From contig NW_021833026.1 in the NCBI RefSeq assembly GCF_006345805.1, positions 372,001 through 436,000 of the forward strand: a stretch of DNA of 64,000 nt. The letters are read 5' to 3'. The number at the start of each line of letters is the position of its first letter. Positions within the stretch are counted from its first letter, which is position 1. Position numbers and translations under genes: made by a program. Origin of the DNA: Octopus sinensis. Taxonomy: Eukaryota. The notes under the pieces are model-generated. The model was not told the DNA's origin. It worked only from the letters and a program-made list of their open reading frames with translations, and searched no databases. Below, one piece after another: positions 25,024 to 37,949 of this stretch.

Positions 25024-26378
25024 ATGACTGAAGAATCAAATTCTCAACAAAAACAGTCACAAGAAAATACTTCAATCGCAACACAGTTTACAAAAATGAT
25101 TAATTTTAGTGAGTACTTAGCCCAATTACTCAGAGACCGAAGGACTCTAAATTTTTTGCCAAATACGTTTGGCCATATCAATAGAATTCTCAAAGATGGT
25201 TTTTAACATCAAATTATATTTAGAAATAAAAAAAGTCAGGCTTGCACTCTTCAATTCGAAAGGCGATAGCAGGGATGACTTGCTGCTTCCTGATCCAGTC
25301 GGACCACTTGTTACAAAATCTGAAAAACTTTTTGTCCCTATCAAGGAATATCCCGATGTTGATATAATTTAAATTATCAAAGTTCAACTTTGTGGGTAGA
25401 ATACTCGGTCCTCGAGGAATGACTGCAAAACAACTAGAACAAGACACTGGATGCAAAATTATGATACGAGGACGTGGTTCAATGAGAGATAAAGCAAAGG
25501 TTAGTAAATTGGAGTGATCATTATATCCCTGGTGATAGATAAGATAAACCACAACGACCACATTTTTAACAATATACACTTTAGTAGTACATTTTTATCT
25601 GCTAATTAGCTAGTTGTAGCACGTATGTTCAGTTGATTAATAGTATTCACTAATTACAATCAAATTGCTTTCCCAATGTACGTAATAGCCATCAATCGTG
25701 TACATTGACATCTTGTAGTAGTTCCTTAATAGCCAATCTGATGTGACATCGATTGCTTTAATCTTTCTTTAGGAGGAACAGAACAGAGGAAAACCAAATT
25801 GGGAACATCTAAACGACGATTTACACGTACTTATAACAACGGAGGATACATGTGAACGAGCCGATATTAAACTCAAAAAAGCCATCTCCGAAATCAAGAA
25901 ACTACTTCTTCCATCTGTAAAAATTGGTTACCTGAAAATTAGCCCGAGGGAGAGGACGAACTGAAACGAATGCAATTGATGGAACTTGCTATTCTCAATG
26001 GAACTTACCGTAACGAAGGAAACAATCATAAAAATTTGTTTGGTTAGTTTTTTGTAGTTTTGAATATTTTTTGCAGGTCGTTCTTATTCATATGACCAAC
26101 CTTCATCCCAAATGGTCATCTCTCCAATGCGATCTTCGATGTCTGCTCTTGGTCCTACAATGTATCTTGGAAACAGAACGGCAAACATAAATAATTTTGG
26201 AACTGCCACTTATGGAAACGGACAATCCATCGTAGGAGTATTAGGCTATATTTCACAATCTGGCTACCCTCCGTTTGTGGCTGATATGAACAGCTTGTAT
26301 TACGTCGACCCGTATATGATCAATACACAGGTTATTGGAGATTACCCATATGGAAATACAGGTGAAAATTATAATTAA
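25024..26378 (+). CDS. QKI: Quaking/HOW STAR-family KH RNA-binding protein
   Basis: QUA1 ([10 protein letters not shown]), KH ([36 protein letters not shown]; [20 protein letters not shown]), QUA2 ([18 protein letters not shown]); introns of 25, 25, 273 and 26 nt plus a further one. Confidence 0.96.
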
Positions 26379-26615
26379 ATGCATGGACAGACCATTGCTA
26401 GAAAAGTATTTGTTCTTTAGTTTTTGTATTTACAATTACTTATGAGAATGTAAATTAGGTTTTTTGATAGTTAAAACCTGCTAAAAATGAAATTGGAATT
26501 AAGTTATCTGAGACTGAAGCTTTAGTTTTTATTTGTAAAGAAATTATTTAAAAAATAAAAGACATTTTATTCGCTCAACATTATTCGAAATTTAATTTGA
26601 TAAAATCGTGGAAAT

Positions 26616-26971
26616 AACTAACTTTTATTTCCAACAATCTATAAATCATTTGAATTAATTACTAATTAAGTTAGTATTATGTTTATGGTAGATATGTAGC
26701 CTGGCGGATTGCCAAACTGTTTCCCCGGAAAATGGCAATCGAGAACCGTTGCATTAGCCAGTCCGCCTCCCGAGGATCATGGGTGCGCATTGAGATTTTG
26801 GCTCCGAGCTTGCGAAGGAACTTTTCAGTTTTTGGACCGAGAGCACCCGACGTCTCCGCCGCGATCGGCACTACGGAAAACTTCTCCCAGAGGGCAGAAT
26901 ATTTTAAAAGCTTTAACTCTTCAGCCTTCTTAGCTGCTGATTTAGCCTCCAAAATCAAGAAACTACTTCTT
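26616..26971 (-). mobile_element. Short 5'-truncated CRE insertion (copy E) with 15-bp TSD
   Basis: KYSAL...VVPIAAETSGALG...DPREADWLMQRFSIAIFRGN; flanked by taaaatcgtggaaat at 26601-26615 and 26972-26986. Confidence 0.92.
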
Positions 26972-27499
26972 TAAAATCGTGGAAATTTAAATATTTTTTG
27001 CAACTATTTCTTTTAATGGAATTTTTAATGAACAATATTGATTCAAAAAATTGAGTATAATTAAAAAACCACAATTTCATGGTTATTATAGGAGATAGAA
27101 AATATGGATAAAGATTAATAGATTTTTTATTACAATTGATTCGAATTACTGACCGATCAAAATACAAATTTACTGAGACGGAAAATCGAACCATTTTCTG
27201 TTTCCGTACGTTATTTTCCTTGAACGTTGATTTTCTTTTTACAAACTAAAAAGATTAAAAGAAATAGTTTTGTACAACAATTTGAAAAAAAAATTTGAAA
27301 TATTATCAGACCGCAAAATCACTTAACAACAATGACTGAATGAATTTTAAACTAATCTCAGAAATCAACTCGATTTTGAAATCGGAAAAGGAATCAATAA
27401 ATGATCAGACTAACTAAAAATGAAAGTTACTTCTCCGTTTGGGAGAGCTTTCCATGAAATTTGTTTTGTTCTCATCCGTCTTGTCCTAATAATAATAGT

Positions 27500-27800
27500 G
27501 TATAGTTGATATAGTTTTGAGTATTTGGTGGCCACTCCCTTCCACGTCAAAACGATTAAAATAATTGAAACAGCTTCACCACAATTATTTTCAGTTTGCC
27601 GGTAAATAAATTGTATTCATGACATTTTCCTGCTTTTGACATTTTTTGAATTCCAATATGATGTTTATTTTATTCTTGTTCTTATCGTAAATATAGATGT
27701 CAGATTTACTTGGTGGAATATTTTACTTTGGTATCTGTTGGTAAGGTTTTATCTACTATTTCTACAATTCCAGCTTAGAGGATGTACTAAACAAAATTAG
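27500..27800 (-). mobile_element. R4/Dong REL-domain relic
   Basis: PTDTKVKY...SDIYIYDKNKNK and IVLTWKGVATKY motifs; heavily decayed. Confidence 0.45.
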
Positions 27801-29682
27801 TCCGATCTGGTAGAGGAATATGTTTATGAAAGTAAAATCGAGGGTAATGATTGAATAATCTATAAAAATCTGTTACCAATATGACTCAAAATTTAATAGT
27901 CCGTATCACAGTATAAAATGTTTTAAAGTCAGTATTCTTCACTTACTATACCTGCGAGATTATTTCTTCAAAATATCTTTATATAAAACTTTATTAAATG
28001 TTTTAGATTAATGCAGAATGAGTTTTTTAATGATTAACACACAGCTCTGATTTCGACTTTTGTTTTCAGGTCTTAAAATAATTGTTGCCAAAAAATTGTT
28101 GGGTATGTGAATTAATAATCATCAAATTCGTATTATTGGAATCAAAAACGCATTTAAGTAAATATAAGCTTATAGAGGCTTATCTACATCCTTAACTTCA
28201 AGCTGTAGACTTTAGACTAATGAATTTTCCCAATCATGTTGGAGAGATAATGAAACTTCCTCTTCTTCTCACTGTCTGTAAATGGTCTCTAAATTGTTGT
28301 CTTTCTACGCGGAAATGATTTTCCTGGCAATCTTAACAAGGACCACAATGTTTGAGAATTATCAAAAACGATAGTAGGGAGTCCGATCTCCGAGGTCAAA
28401 ATATCTGTTTGGTACCAGAATAGCAAAATCAGCCCAAAAGTATTTCCTCATGTTCCGTCGTCAGGAAATATTAGGTTCCATAAGTAAATACAGTTTTTAA
28501 TCAAAAAGCGGAGATCAATCATATTATTGAGACGCTAAGTGACCTAGAGAAGGATTACATTCAAATTTTTGTTAGTCCGTCAAAAATTAAACGTTTATAT
28601 GTATATGAAGATGTGATAATAAATTTCATCCATTCAGTCATTTCTTTTTCACTTTCTGCGGTTAAATTTACGTATGTTTGTAATTCTTAAGATTAACTAA
28701 GTTTGGGTTACCTTCGTAATTTATAGAAAACGAAAAGGGACTGTAGTTAGTCATACTGATGGTAAATTCCTCCAAAATAAGGAGCCCAGTCTATAGTTAT
28801 AACTGATGGATATTCACTGGTTTTATATTTTTTTGTTTTTTGAAGTAAAAAAGAATATTTTCTTTTAAAATAAAAAAATATTTTTTGTTTATTTCCTTAT
28901 TTTTAGAACTTGACATGGCCATCCATCCCATTTTTGTTATGTTTTTATGATCATTGGAGAAGTAAGTTAAATTTTTTTTATTTATTTCCATTTTCATAGA
29001 TTAAGTCCACTATGAAATATTTATTACCTAAACATGGAATTTATTTAGGAAATTTATATTTAAAAATTATATATTAAAAAAAATTCTTTATATTAAAAAA
29101 TCAATTTTTAATTTTTGTTTATTTTTTATTAATGCTTATATATTTTTAATTTATTAATCCATATTTAGAAAATCCATATGTTTTCTCTCTTGAATGATCT
29201 CCAATGTCTTCCGAAACACGACCGACTGGATACATCTTTTAGCTACTTTTTCTATTCCAGGAAAGTATTAAAATTCATGTAAACATAACAGGAACTATTT
29301 TTACTTTTATTCCATAAATAATTTCCAATTTACATAGATCATATTTATGCATTCTTTTTATTTCGACCTATTTCAAACAACTGTACACAATTATTTTGAT
29401 CTCGATAAGCTTGATTGTATTTATCGTCATGTCATATAAGATTATTCTTTCCCATATTATTATCAGTCTTATATCGACAAACTCATTTGCCACTGCAGAT
29501 TGGTCTGTATGTCTTTTGCTTTCGGTCTTGCAGCGAATTCGTTGATTGCCTTGAATAAATTCAGTGAATTTAGCCTAAGATTTATATTTTTTAAAAAAAT
29601 TAATCATTTATATTAAAATTGGTTAAGATAAAAATAAAATATTAATTCTTGAAGCGGGAAATTTAATACAATCGCTGTTACA

Positions 29683-32600
29683 ATGTTGGTGTGTTCTCAA
29701 CACGATGAAAGTTTTGTATATCAACAAATATGCTTTGCCTGTCTAATTTGCTCCCTCGACAATGAACAAATATCCAAAGCAAAAAAACTGGAATCAATGG
29801 AACAGCTTTATAACATCATTTCAACAAGCAATTATTACGAAAAAAACATCAAAAACACAAAAATAGCAGACTATGTCCAACAAATAATTCTAAGTATCTG
29901 ATAATAGTCCAATTCCTAGGTCACGTGACCATATCAAACGATTCACTCAGTCAATTCTCTCTTAAAGGTGTTTATATAATTTAAAACTAATCAAAAAGTC
30001 ATTATTAAGATAATTGACCACATGAATAGTCCAGAAGACCAAAATACAGTGATTTCGTGGATTTCAACTCAAGTTGAGTCTAAAAACTCATTTTTAAGTT
30101 TCTTTCGCAACATAAATTGAAAATTGGACTTAAAATATTGGTCGCCGTCCAAAAATCAGTTCCCGCCTTTAATAAAACAATCACCCAAAGTGGTATATAC
30201 CGTCATAAATAAATTTAAGAAACATTAATGGATAACATAGCAAAGTTATTAATAGACACTGAAAACATACTTCCGTTTAATAGTATTGACATTCTACTGA
30301 CACAGGCTGCGGTAGAAATGAGCAAATACTCAACAAAATATCACAAAACATTAACTGGAATAGCACTAGATAGACTAAATATATATTTCCAACCAGAATG
30401 GCAATTTCTGCTAATGAGTGGCAATTAATCTAAATTAATAATAATCAGAAATCATTTCTAAAACGGTCCAGATGTGTCCTCAAGTTATATTTCATTTATT
30501 TGTTATAACTATTGAAAAACCACTAAAAGCTAACCTTCTGTCCTCTAACAGTTCCCTTGTCACACATACACTTGAATTTATTAAAAATTTGCTGTCGATT
30601 AGAGGACAGGAAGACAACCTGACTCAACAAATGGTTGATTGCCTACTTCCTGGTTATATAAATTATATTTATTGGTCTAGATTTTATATTTGAGACCCTC
30701 ACCTCAACAAACATAGATATTATATGGTTATTATTGCCATTTTAATTGCTCATAGTCATTCTCTTAAAGTTTTGTCAATTTTGTTGGATTTTGAGCAAAT
30801 AAAACAACAAAGATGTCTTGGTAATATAAGTATATTGTATTTTAGAAATGGAAATGTTTATTAAAGGATTTTCTTTTGCCATTGAGCTTTATATGGAGGA
30901 AATCGTAGAGCAATTCACTTTTGTTTTGGCAAAAATCCTTAAAAAAAGTTGTAACAATCTCCTTTTATTTGGTTCTCTAAATTTGATCACAACCACTTTT
31001 GACCTTCTTAAAAAGTCCTTGAACTTAAAAAATAACCAAATTGATGTCCTCGAATGTTATAATTGTCTAATTCGGTATATTAAAATAAAAAAACGTGTAG
31101 AAATGACTTTGAGTCACAATGTTTATTAATTTGCACGGAAACGAGGATTTCTTTTATTAGGCAAGTTGAGATTTCTGTTGGGGATACTCTGAAGACGAAT
31201 TTATCTGAAACTAAAGTGGAAAAAATCATGGAAAAGATTATTTTTATGTGGAAAAAAGAAATTGAGTTATTTTTTTTCTTCATAAAAATAAAGATTTTTT
31301 CAGAATAACAAAAATTGTGCAGGAAATGACGAATTTATTGCAGAAATGTTTGAGATTTTTACCAAAAAATGGCTTCCATATATCAAAGTAATGAGTTATA
31401 GCATAAACCCAGATTTTGGGCGAAAAGATGAAAGAAAGTAGCCACGAAGGATACTTGGAGTTATTAAAGACCGGACTGGAATTATTTGGAACAGAAATTG
31501 AGCATTTTTTAGTGACAAATGGAATTATTGAGCATCTGCTTAGTAATCAGCAATATTTAAAGAAATCAAGCAATCGACTTGCCATTCTTAATCTAACTGT
31601 CTTTGTCACAATTGTTGGGGACAGAGATAATATCGAGGATACACAAAAACTTGCAGATATTTTTATTTCCCTTGATTTCCAAACCAAAGACTTACTTAAA
31701 TCATTATTAAAGGATTCAAACAGTTTTTTCTTAGGCTCCTTTGTCCTCTGGTGTGCTCTCTACCACAAATATGAGTATTTTAACATATTTAAGATCTCAA
31801 GGATTTTCCCACATGAAGAAGTCGTTTTAGCTCTAACAAAGATAATCCGAGACCACCCATACTTTGTGGAGAGTCAAAGCATGTTTGAACGAATCGTCCT
31901 TACTATAACAGTCTGTAAAATTTATAACTCTTTAAGAAACTGACATATGGGAGATCTGATGGAATCGCTTTGTCATTGGCAGGAAATTTAATAGAATTAG
32001 TAGTTCTGAGACAGTTCAATGTCCCTCTCGATTTTGATGTTGTGGAATTTTTGTTTTTAGCTTATTCGGAGAATCAAACTTATCATTTTGTCTGCAAAAA
32101 AACAGTTTTGTATTCAAAAAATAATCAGGTTTTTTTATGGCTGGAAAGACTCACGGATGAAACGACAGAACTAGAAAAAGCGCTTTCTCTAATGTTAAAA
32201 AATGAAAATTTTGTTGACTTAATACTTGTAATATTTAATTTTACATTTTTAAAGATTTTTGTTCAAATGGAGGAAATATATCAAAATAGTATTCGACTCA
32301 TCTCCAACGTTTTTTTAACGGTTTTGAATCCCATGTTATTCCAAGACCCCAACCCCAACCCACCTAATATTACGGGCTTGTGATACGTTGCTTTACATCC
32401 TCAACAATCTATGCAGAGTAGAGCCAGTGGAGGCCATAATAGACAAACGTATATTTTTATATTTATTGACCAGTCGATCATGTAATAGAAGTAAAGCAAC
32501 TTACGTATAAACTATTAGCCATGCTTAATTCTTTGGAGGAAGTAGAGACGAGTATTACACTTGTATATAATGGTGGGAATTATATTTTAATGTACTAGTG

Positions 32601-33630
32601 TGTAAAATCTTGAATTGTTACGTAATGATTGAAAACGAAGCATTTTTGATTGTTTTTTTGAATTTTTTGTCCGCCGTATGTCTTAAAACCAAATCCCAGT
32701 CAAGAAATATTGGTATTTCTATTACTTCTGGTATTTAGTAATAAAATGTATAATTACAACTTGTTTTGATACATTTTTTTATCTCCGGGAGACTAGTATC
32801 TCACTTAAGACATGTATCAATATCATTATATCATTTACAGAAGACGATGAAGCCAGAGTTTGATAATAATATTTTATTGTTAACTAGAACTGTATTTTGA
32901 AAAGTCTAGACTCACAAAAAGTCATCAGAGAACTCAATTCTCCACACTTTGCACTAAAATTGTCTTGCTTTATTTTGATAACAAAAATCTACACTTGGGA
33001 ACCCACAGAAAGTGTTTGGGAGTCACCGGAAGTAGTTCAATCACTAATTCCACTGATTCACAAATATATAATGGTGTCATATATTCAAAATATACAGATT
33101 GATGAGTGCATTTTGGCGGATACTGCAATGGAGTGTTGTGAGGCATTTATATGGCATTTTGACAAGAACAATGCACTTGGAGGCATTTTAAACATTTTAT
33201 TTGATTTTTAGCAATTTCGTTGAGGCAATCTTCGTGGAATGACATCATAATTGAAATGATGTTAATAAGTTCGGTTAATAGGACTGTCCTGATATTCTTA
33301 ATTATTGTAAAAATAATATTTTGTATATTTTAGTTATTTAAAAAGGACCCACTGGTCAAGGACGAGACAGTGGACAAGATTATTCAGGTGTTAATGGATG
33401 AACCAAATGGGGGTAGAAATGAAAGTCTGATTGTCAATTTGTTGGAATTACTTGAACACTATTGTTGTCCGATTTGGAAGTCCAAGGTTAATATCAGAAT
33501 TGAAAGGTCTCGGAAATCTTGTCAGTTGTGGAGTCAAGTTATTAGAATTAAGTATTTGAGGATTATACATTATAATTTCAGAGTATTTGATCACTGTTTG
33601 ATTTTTCATAAAGATCACATTTTGATATAA
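29683..33630 (+). CDS. MEI1: Large ARM-like protein with micro-introns, probably meiosis inhibitor protein 1; 3' end approximate
   Basis: N-terminal HDESFVYQQICFACLICSLDNEQISKAKK resembles MEI1 [45 protein letters not shown] resembles LKKLLLSRDETL; many in-frame exon ORFs on the + strand. Confidence 0.6.
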
Positions 33631-34179
33631 CTGTTTTTTAACAATGTTTTTTTAAAATAACTTTTTAACAAAATTTGATCATTAATAACTTTTTTACTAT
33701 TAGCCAGTAAATTTAAAATTGTTGATTTTACTTGTTTTAATCAAGCAATACATATATTTTACAACGGTCAAAAAAGACGTCCAACGGTCAAGAGAAGACC
33801 AACTAGACTTTAGTAGTAACTATCTTATTCAACAAATTCATCTGTGGACAAACAACGAATAAACGCCATCGAATCGGATAGGGTGAAAGGATATATTAAA
33901 AAGTGATGATTAGCTCTTCTAAATGAAAAAAATTAATCCCTGGCAAGTAACAAGTCAGGACAAAATATGAGATCAAGGAATTACGCAAAATAAAACACTC
34001 AAAATTTGCTTACAAGATTTAATAATTCCTTAAAATTAATTATTCGAAAAGAGAGAAATTTGGGATGGGTACTTTGGAAAAGTTTAAATGGGTATCCAAA
34101 TAGAATATTCATAACTCATCCAAATATAAATAGAATTTTATTCGGTAATAACCGACTTGGCACTCAAGATGATTTAAAC

Positions 34180-34390
34180 CAGTGGTTCTCAACGGTGGGC
34201 GATTTATTCCGCCAGGGGGGCGATGTTTGATTGCCAATATTTAAAAAATTAAATTGATAATCTTTGAAATACTGCACTAATCCAAATGAAGATTATGTTA
34301 GGTTACTTTTACATACCAAAGTAAGATGGTTATCCAAGTGTAATTGTCTTGAAAGATTTGTGATATTATTTGATGCTATTGTTGATTTTT
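34180..34390 (+). mobile_element. hAT (Buster/Charlie) end plus transposase fragment
   Basis: cagtggttctcaac terminus preceded by attTAaac (Buster-type target); LLHTKVRWLSKCNCLERF resembles HTEVRWLSRG.VLERF. Confidence 0.6.
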
Positions 34391-36199
34391 CAGACCTTCC
34401 TAGAGTGAGTTATGAATTCGATCCCTGATTTGTTAGGAAGGTCTGAAGAGAAAACCGAGGTGATTTCGAAACTCAGGAGCAAATTTTAGTTAATTTAGTT
34501 ATAAATTATTATGTTTTAAATAGATTAAATTTAGTGAGTGTTATTTGTTTCTAGTGGCTGCACCACGTGTGATGGCCTTCAGGGTCAAGTTCGGATCTAT
34601 TTGAGTCCCATATTGTAATATATCCAATCGCAAGTATCTTACTCAATTTGATCAAATACGTCAAAAAGACTTACCTTAGTGGCAAGCAACATAATAAATC
34701 ACTTTTAAAATAATAGCGTTTTTATTCAAATCTAAAAATGCGTCTTTATTTTTGCCAAAAAACGCGAGATCTCCACTTGTGTGCAACCAATCGACCTGAT
34801 TTTTCAAGGACAACTGCCTCCCATAATGGTCTACTATATTAACTTGTTCGACCTCCTCTAAACCTTTTTATTATTTCAAACTAAGGAACCATGTAACGTG
34901 TACTTAAGATGTGAGATTTACTATGAAAATGAGAAAATAAATTAAAAATATTGTTATATCAATTTTGATGTTTTATGAGCGTTTTTGCATGCAAAATTGG
35001 AGTCAGGCGTTCCTAGACCTTAGTTTCTTTATTGGCTACTACAATGTAAGCTAATGGCCTATCCATAAAGGTCCTCCTACAAAAGGCCTTGAATTATGCA
35101 GTTTATTGACAAAATCTCTAGAATACATTAACAAATTCCCTAGTTGATTAACAACTTTAAATACGTTAACGGTCAAAGTTTACATATTTCTGACTAAAAA
35201 AGAGTCTTTATTTGCTGACCAAACACCTCCGAGATCCTTACGTGTGTACATCCAATCGACCTCATTTTTCAGACATAAGTTTAAATATGATAGTAAATTG
35301 TATTAGCCTGTTTAACCTCTTTTTGGACCTTCGTCCATGCCAAACGAAAGTCTTTTTGACAAACATGTGTCTTGATAAAGGAAATATATTTAAAATTGAC
35401 TATTTTATTTAAAAACATATTTAATGGTGCTTGGTTTGAACAAATTAGTTTGTTGACATTCTTATGTGCCTCCAATATGCGAGATCTCTTCGACGGCCTA
35501 ACTGTTCTAAAACTTCACAGACTAGCTAAAAGCCCGTTTTTACATATTTTTAAAAAATCAAATCTAAATTCTATATAAAAGTGATCCGAGCGAGTTGGGA
35601 TCATAAAGTTTTTATAACACTAAAGGCAATTTGGTGGATAAAATTTTAACATATGAACAAAATTAAAGATTTATTAAAAAAACGAATAATTGTTATGTCA
35701 ACAACTAACAAACGTTAAAAAAACATTAAAAGATTGCTTTTTAGTCCCTCGGTTAGATGTTGGAGATGAATTTTGGCAAAATCGACTCTAACCTCTAAGA
35801 TCCTACCCCTAATAACGCATGCTTTTTTGCCTCTTTTTATAGAACGAAATGCATCCTCACCCTTTTATTTTTTCTCTTTCTGTATTTTCTTTTTTAATTT
35901 TTTCTAGACAAATAGTTAACTTACTATCTACGCTTCTCAGAAATTTATTATTCGGAAAACAGCCCGCTTTTTCTAGTACATATACCTTTAAACATCGCAG
36001 TAAATGTTAAACAATCTAAAAGTAGCCCATATTAACTGGTCGCATCAATATTTTTGCTATACTACCATCCAAAGATTTTTTTGCAAATTTAATTTGAACT
36101 TAGTTTATTTTGGACTTTGACTTTAGACTTGGTTTGAATTTGGATTATCCAAGTAGTGCTGGATTAATTGCCCTTTAATAACGATAGATCGAAAAAGAG

Positions 36200-37225
36200 A
36201 AGGTGATTTTTCGAAAATAACGTGCCTTGCCTCATAGAAACTTTCGGTAGGTTATGAGATAATACGCGGCTCAAGGGGTATAATACAAGGACAAATAGCA
36301 TGGGGGACAAACTATTCATCTCTCGATGCGTACATATCAAATTTACTTGACATTTAGCTTTAGTTTTACCCTTCATCTGGTAACCATCGACTCAACAAAC
36401 GTGACAATCCATCCATGTAGACCAGAATTTTCCAAAATCTGTATCAGAAAATCGTGATCTACTGATGTGTCATTCCTGTGTAGCACCAATCTCCAAAAGT
36501 GGTTTTTCCATTTATGACATTAAGATTGACTCATGAAGTGACGTGAACTTCTTCAGAAAGAAATTATACACACCGTCGCAGCCTGGGGCCTTCAAATTTG
36601 GTAAATATTTAACGATCTCCTGAAATAAACATTCCGAGACTTAGGCTGTTACACCTTCTACTCCAGTCATCCTCTTCTCAATCTCCACAATCTGACCACT
36701 CAACTGTTTTTTCCGTCACATATTCTCCTAATATGTTCCACACTTTTCACTATCCACTTGGATAAGGTTTTCAGTCTTGTCTCCCATCAATCCTCTGTAA
36801 AAGGCTTTCCGATTAAGCTCAAATTTTTGTTTATCTAGTCGGGATCCTTTTCTTAACTCTTTTTAATCACCATGATTTTTTCATTCATTAAGATTATTTT
36901 TGCTCTTTCTCTAGAGTTTTTCTTTTTAAATCCAACGAGGGATAATGCATGGCAAGCAAGTAGCTTTTCTTCAGTCGTGAGTGATTTTGCAAAGAACTTT
37001 TCGATATAGCCTAGCCTTGTTTTCCACTGCTCAATTTTTCCCTCCATATTAATAGTCCAATTAGACTTTTCAGAATTTTTCATGCTCAATATTTGATAGA
37101 ACACTTGTCCAGCATAGACTATTGTCGAAATCTGCTCCAGTGAGTTAGGTGGATTTTCATTGATATAGGCAGCTAACACACGATTAAGACACTCCAATAA
37201 AGGGAGGTTCATTTTAGACTGTAGA
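36200..37225 (-). mobile_element. R4/Dong-type LINE, pre-RT and RT start relic
   Basis: EQISTIVYAG...NWTINMEGKIEQWK, FELNRKAFYRGL, NLKAPGCDGVYNFFLKKFTSLH (resembles NWKAPGPDG..NFWLK.LTSLH). Confidence 0.7.
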
Positions 37226-37794
37226 TTCATCGATCGCAATTGAAACATATTCAAATTTTAAAAAATCAGATTTTAATCGCTCTTTCCAATGCGAGAACAT
37301 TTCTTTGATATGTTCGGCAACTGTATTTCTGGTTAAAGAAATCTCTTTAAACAAATGCGCATTATCAGGACAAATAATTTTGGCTGTTTTCACAAAACAT
37401 TGTTTGATGAAATCATCATCACAATATGATTTTCCATTCATTGCAAGCATTCTGCTGATTTCACAACTTCCAGTAACGGTGATTAACTAGTTGCATATCA
37501 AACAATGTATTTTTGGATCAATCGTTAAATAGAGACGTTCCCATTTTTTAAAAACACTCACTTTTCATTTCAAACACCGTTTTTTAGTTTCAAGAGAAAC
37601 AAGTGACATTGTCAAACAAGATTTACAATAAACTAATTATTTAAAATATGGATCCAAAAATGTGCTCTGTGCACAGATATTTGAAACACCGCACTTGATA
37701 GCAAAACAAGGTCTCAAAAAAAGTAAATAAATAAGGATGGACAGAAAATAATGACGAATAAGTTCAGCTAAGGGCCGCATGTTTCACACCCCTG
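37225..37794 (-). mobile_element. hAT (SPIN/GTF2IRD2-like) 5' end and N-terminal transposase
   Basis: Terminus caggggtgtgaaacatgcggccc followed on the + strand by cttTAact; FIKQCFVKTAKIICP...ISLTRNTVA...SIAIDEST. Confidence 0.78.
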
Positions 37795-37949
37795 CTTTAA
37801 CTCTTTTTCGATTGCGTCAGTCTCTCGCCCGGCGAACTCAACACGCACGAATAGATTAGCATAATTGATTCTATGAGACATTGAAAAAAGTGTTTTTAAA
37901 TTTCAATGATAATTAAAAATTTTGGTAGCCCAACTCATCTGATTCACTA

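Noticed and set aside
29190-29260. Integrase H2C2-like YFPGIEKVAKRCIQS on the minus strand
   Set aside because: Single short motif with no supporting neighbours.
35751-35793. Hairpin ggttaga/tctaacc with an aattttgg Sm-like site
   Set aside because: The Sm-like site would be base-paired, no donor or leader is evident, and the stem is short.
34180-37794. Both hAT ends as one composite element
   Set aside because: The termini differ (cagtggttctc vs caggggtgtg), the flanking 8-mers differ (atttaaac vs ctttaact), and both look like 5' ends of different subfamilies.
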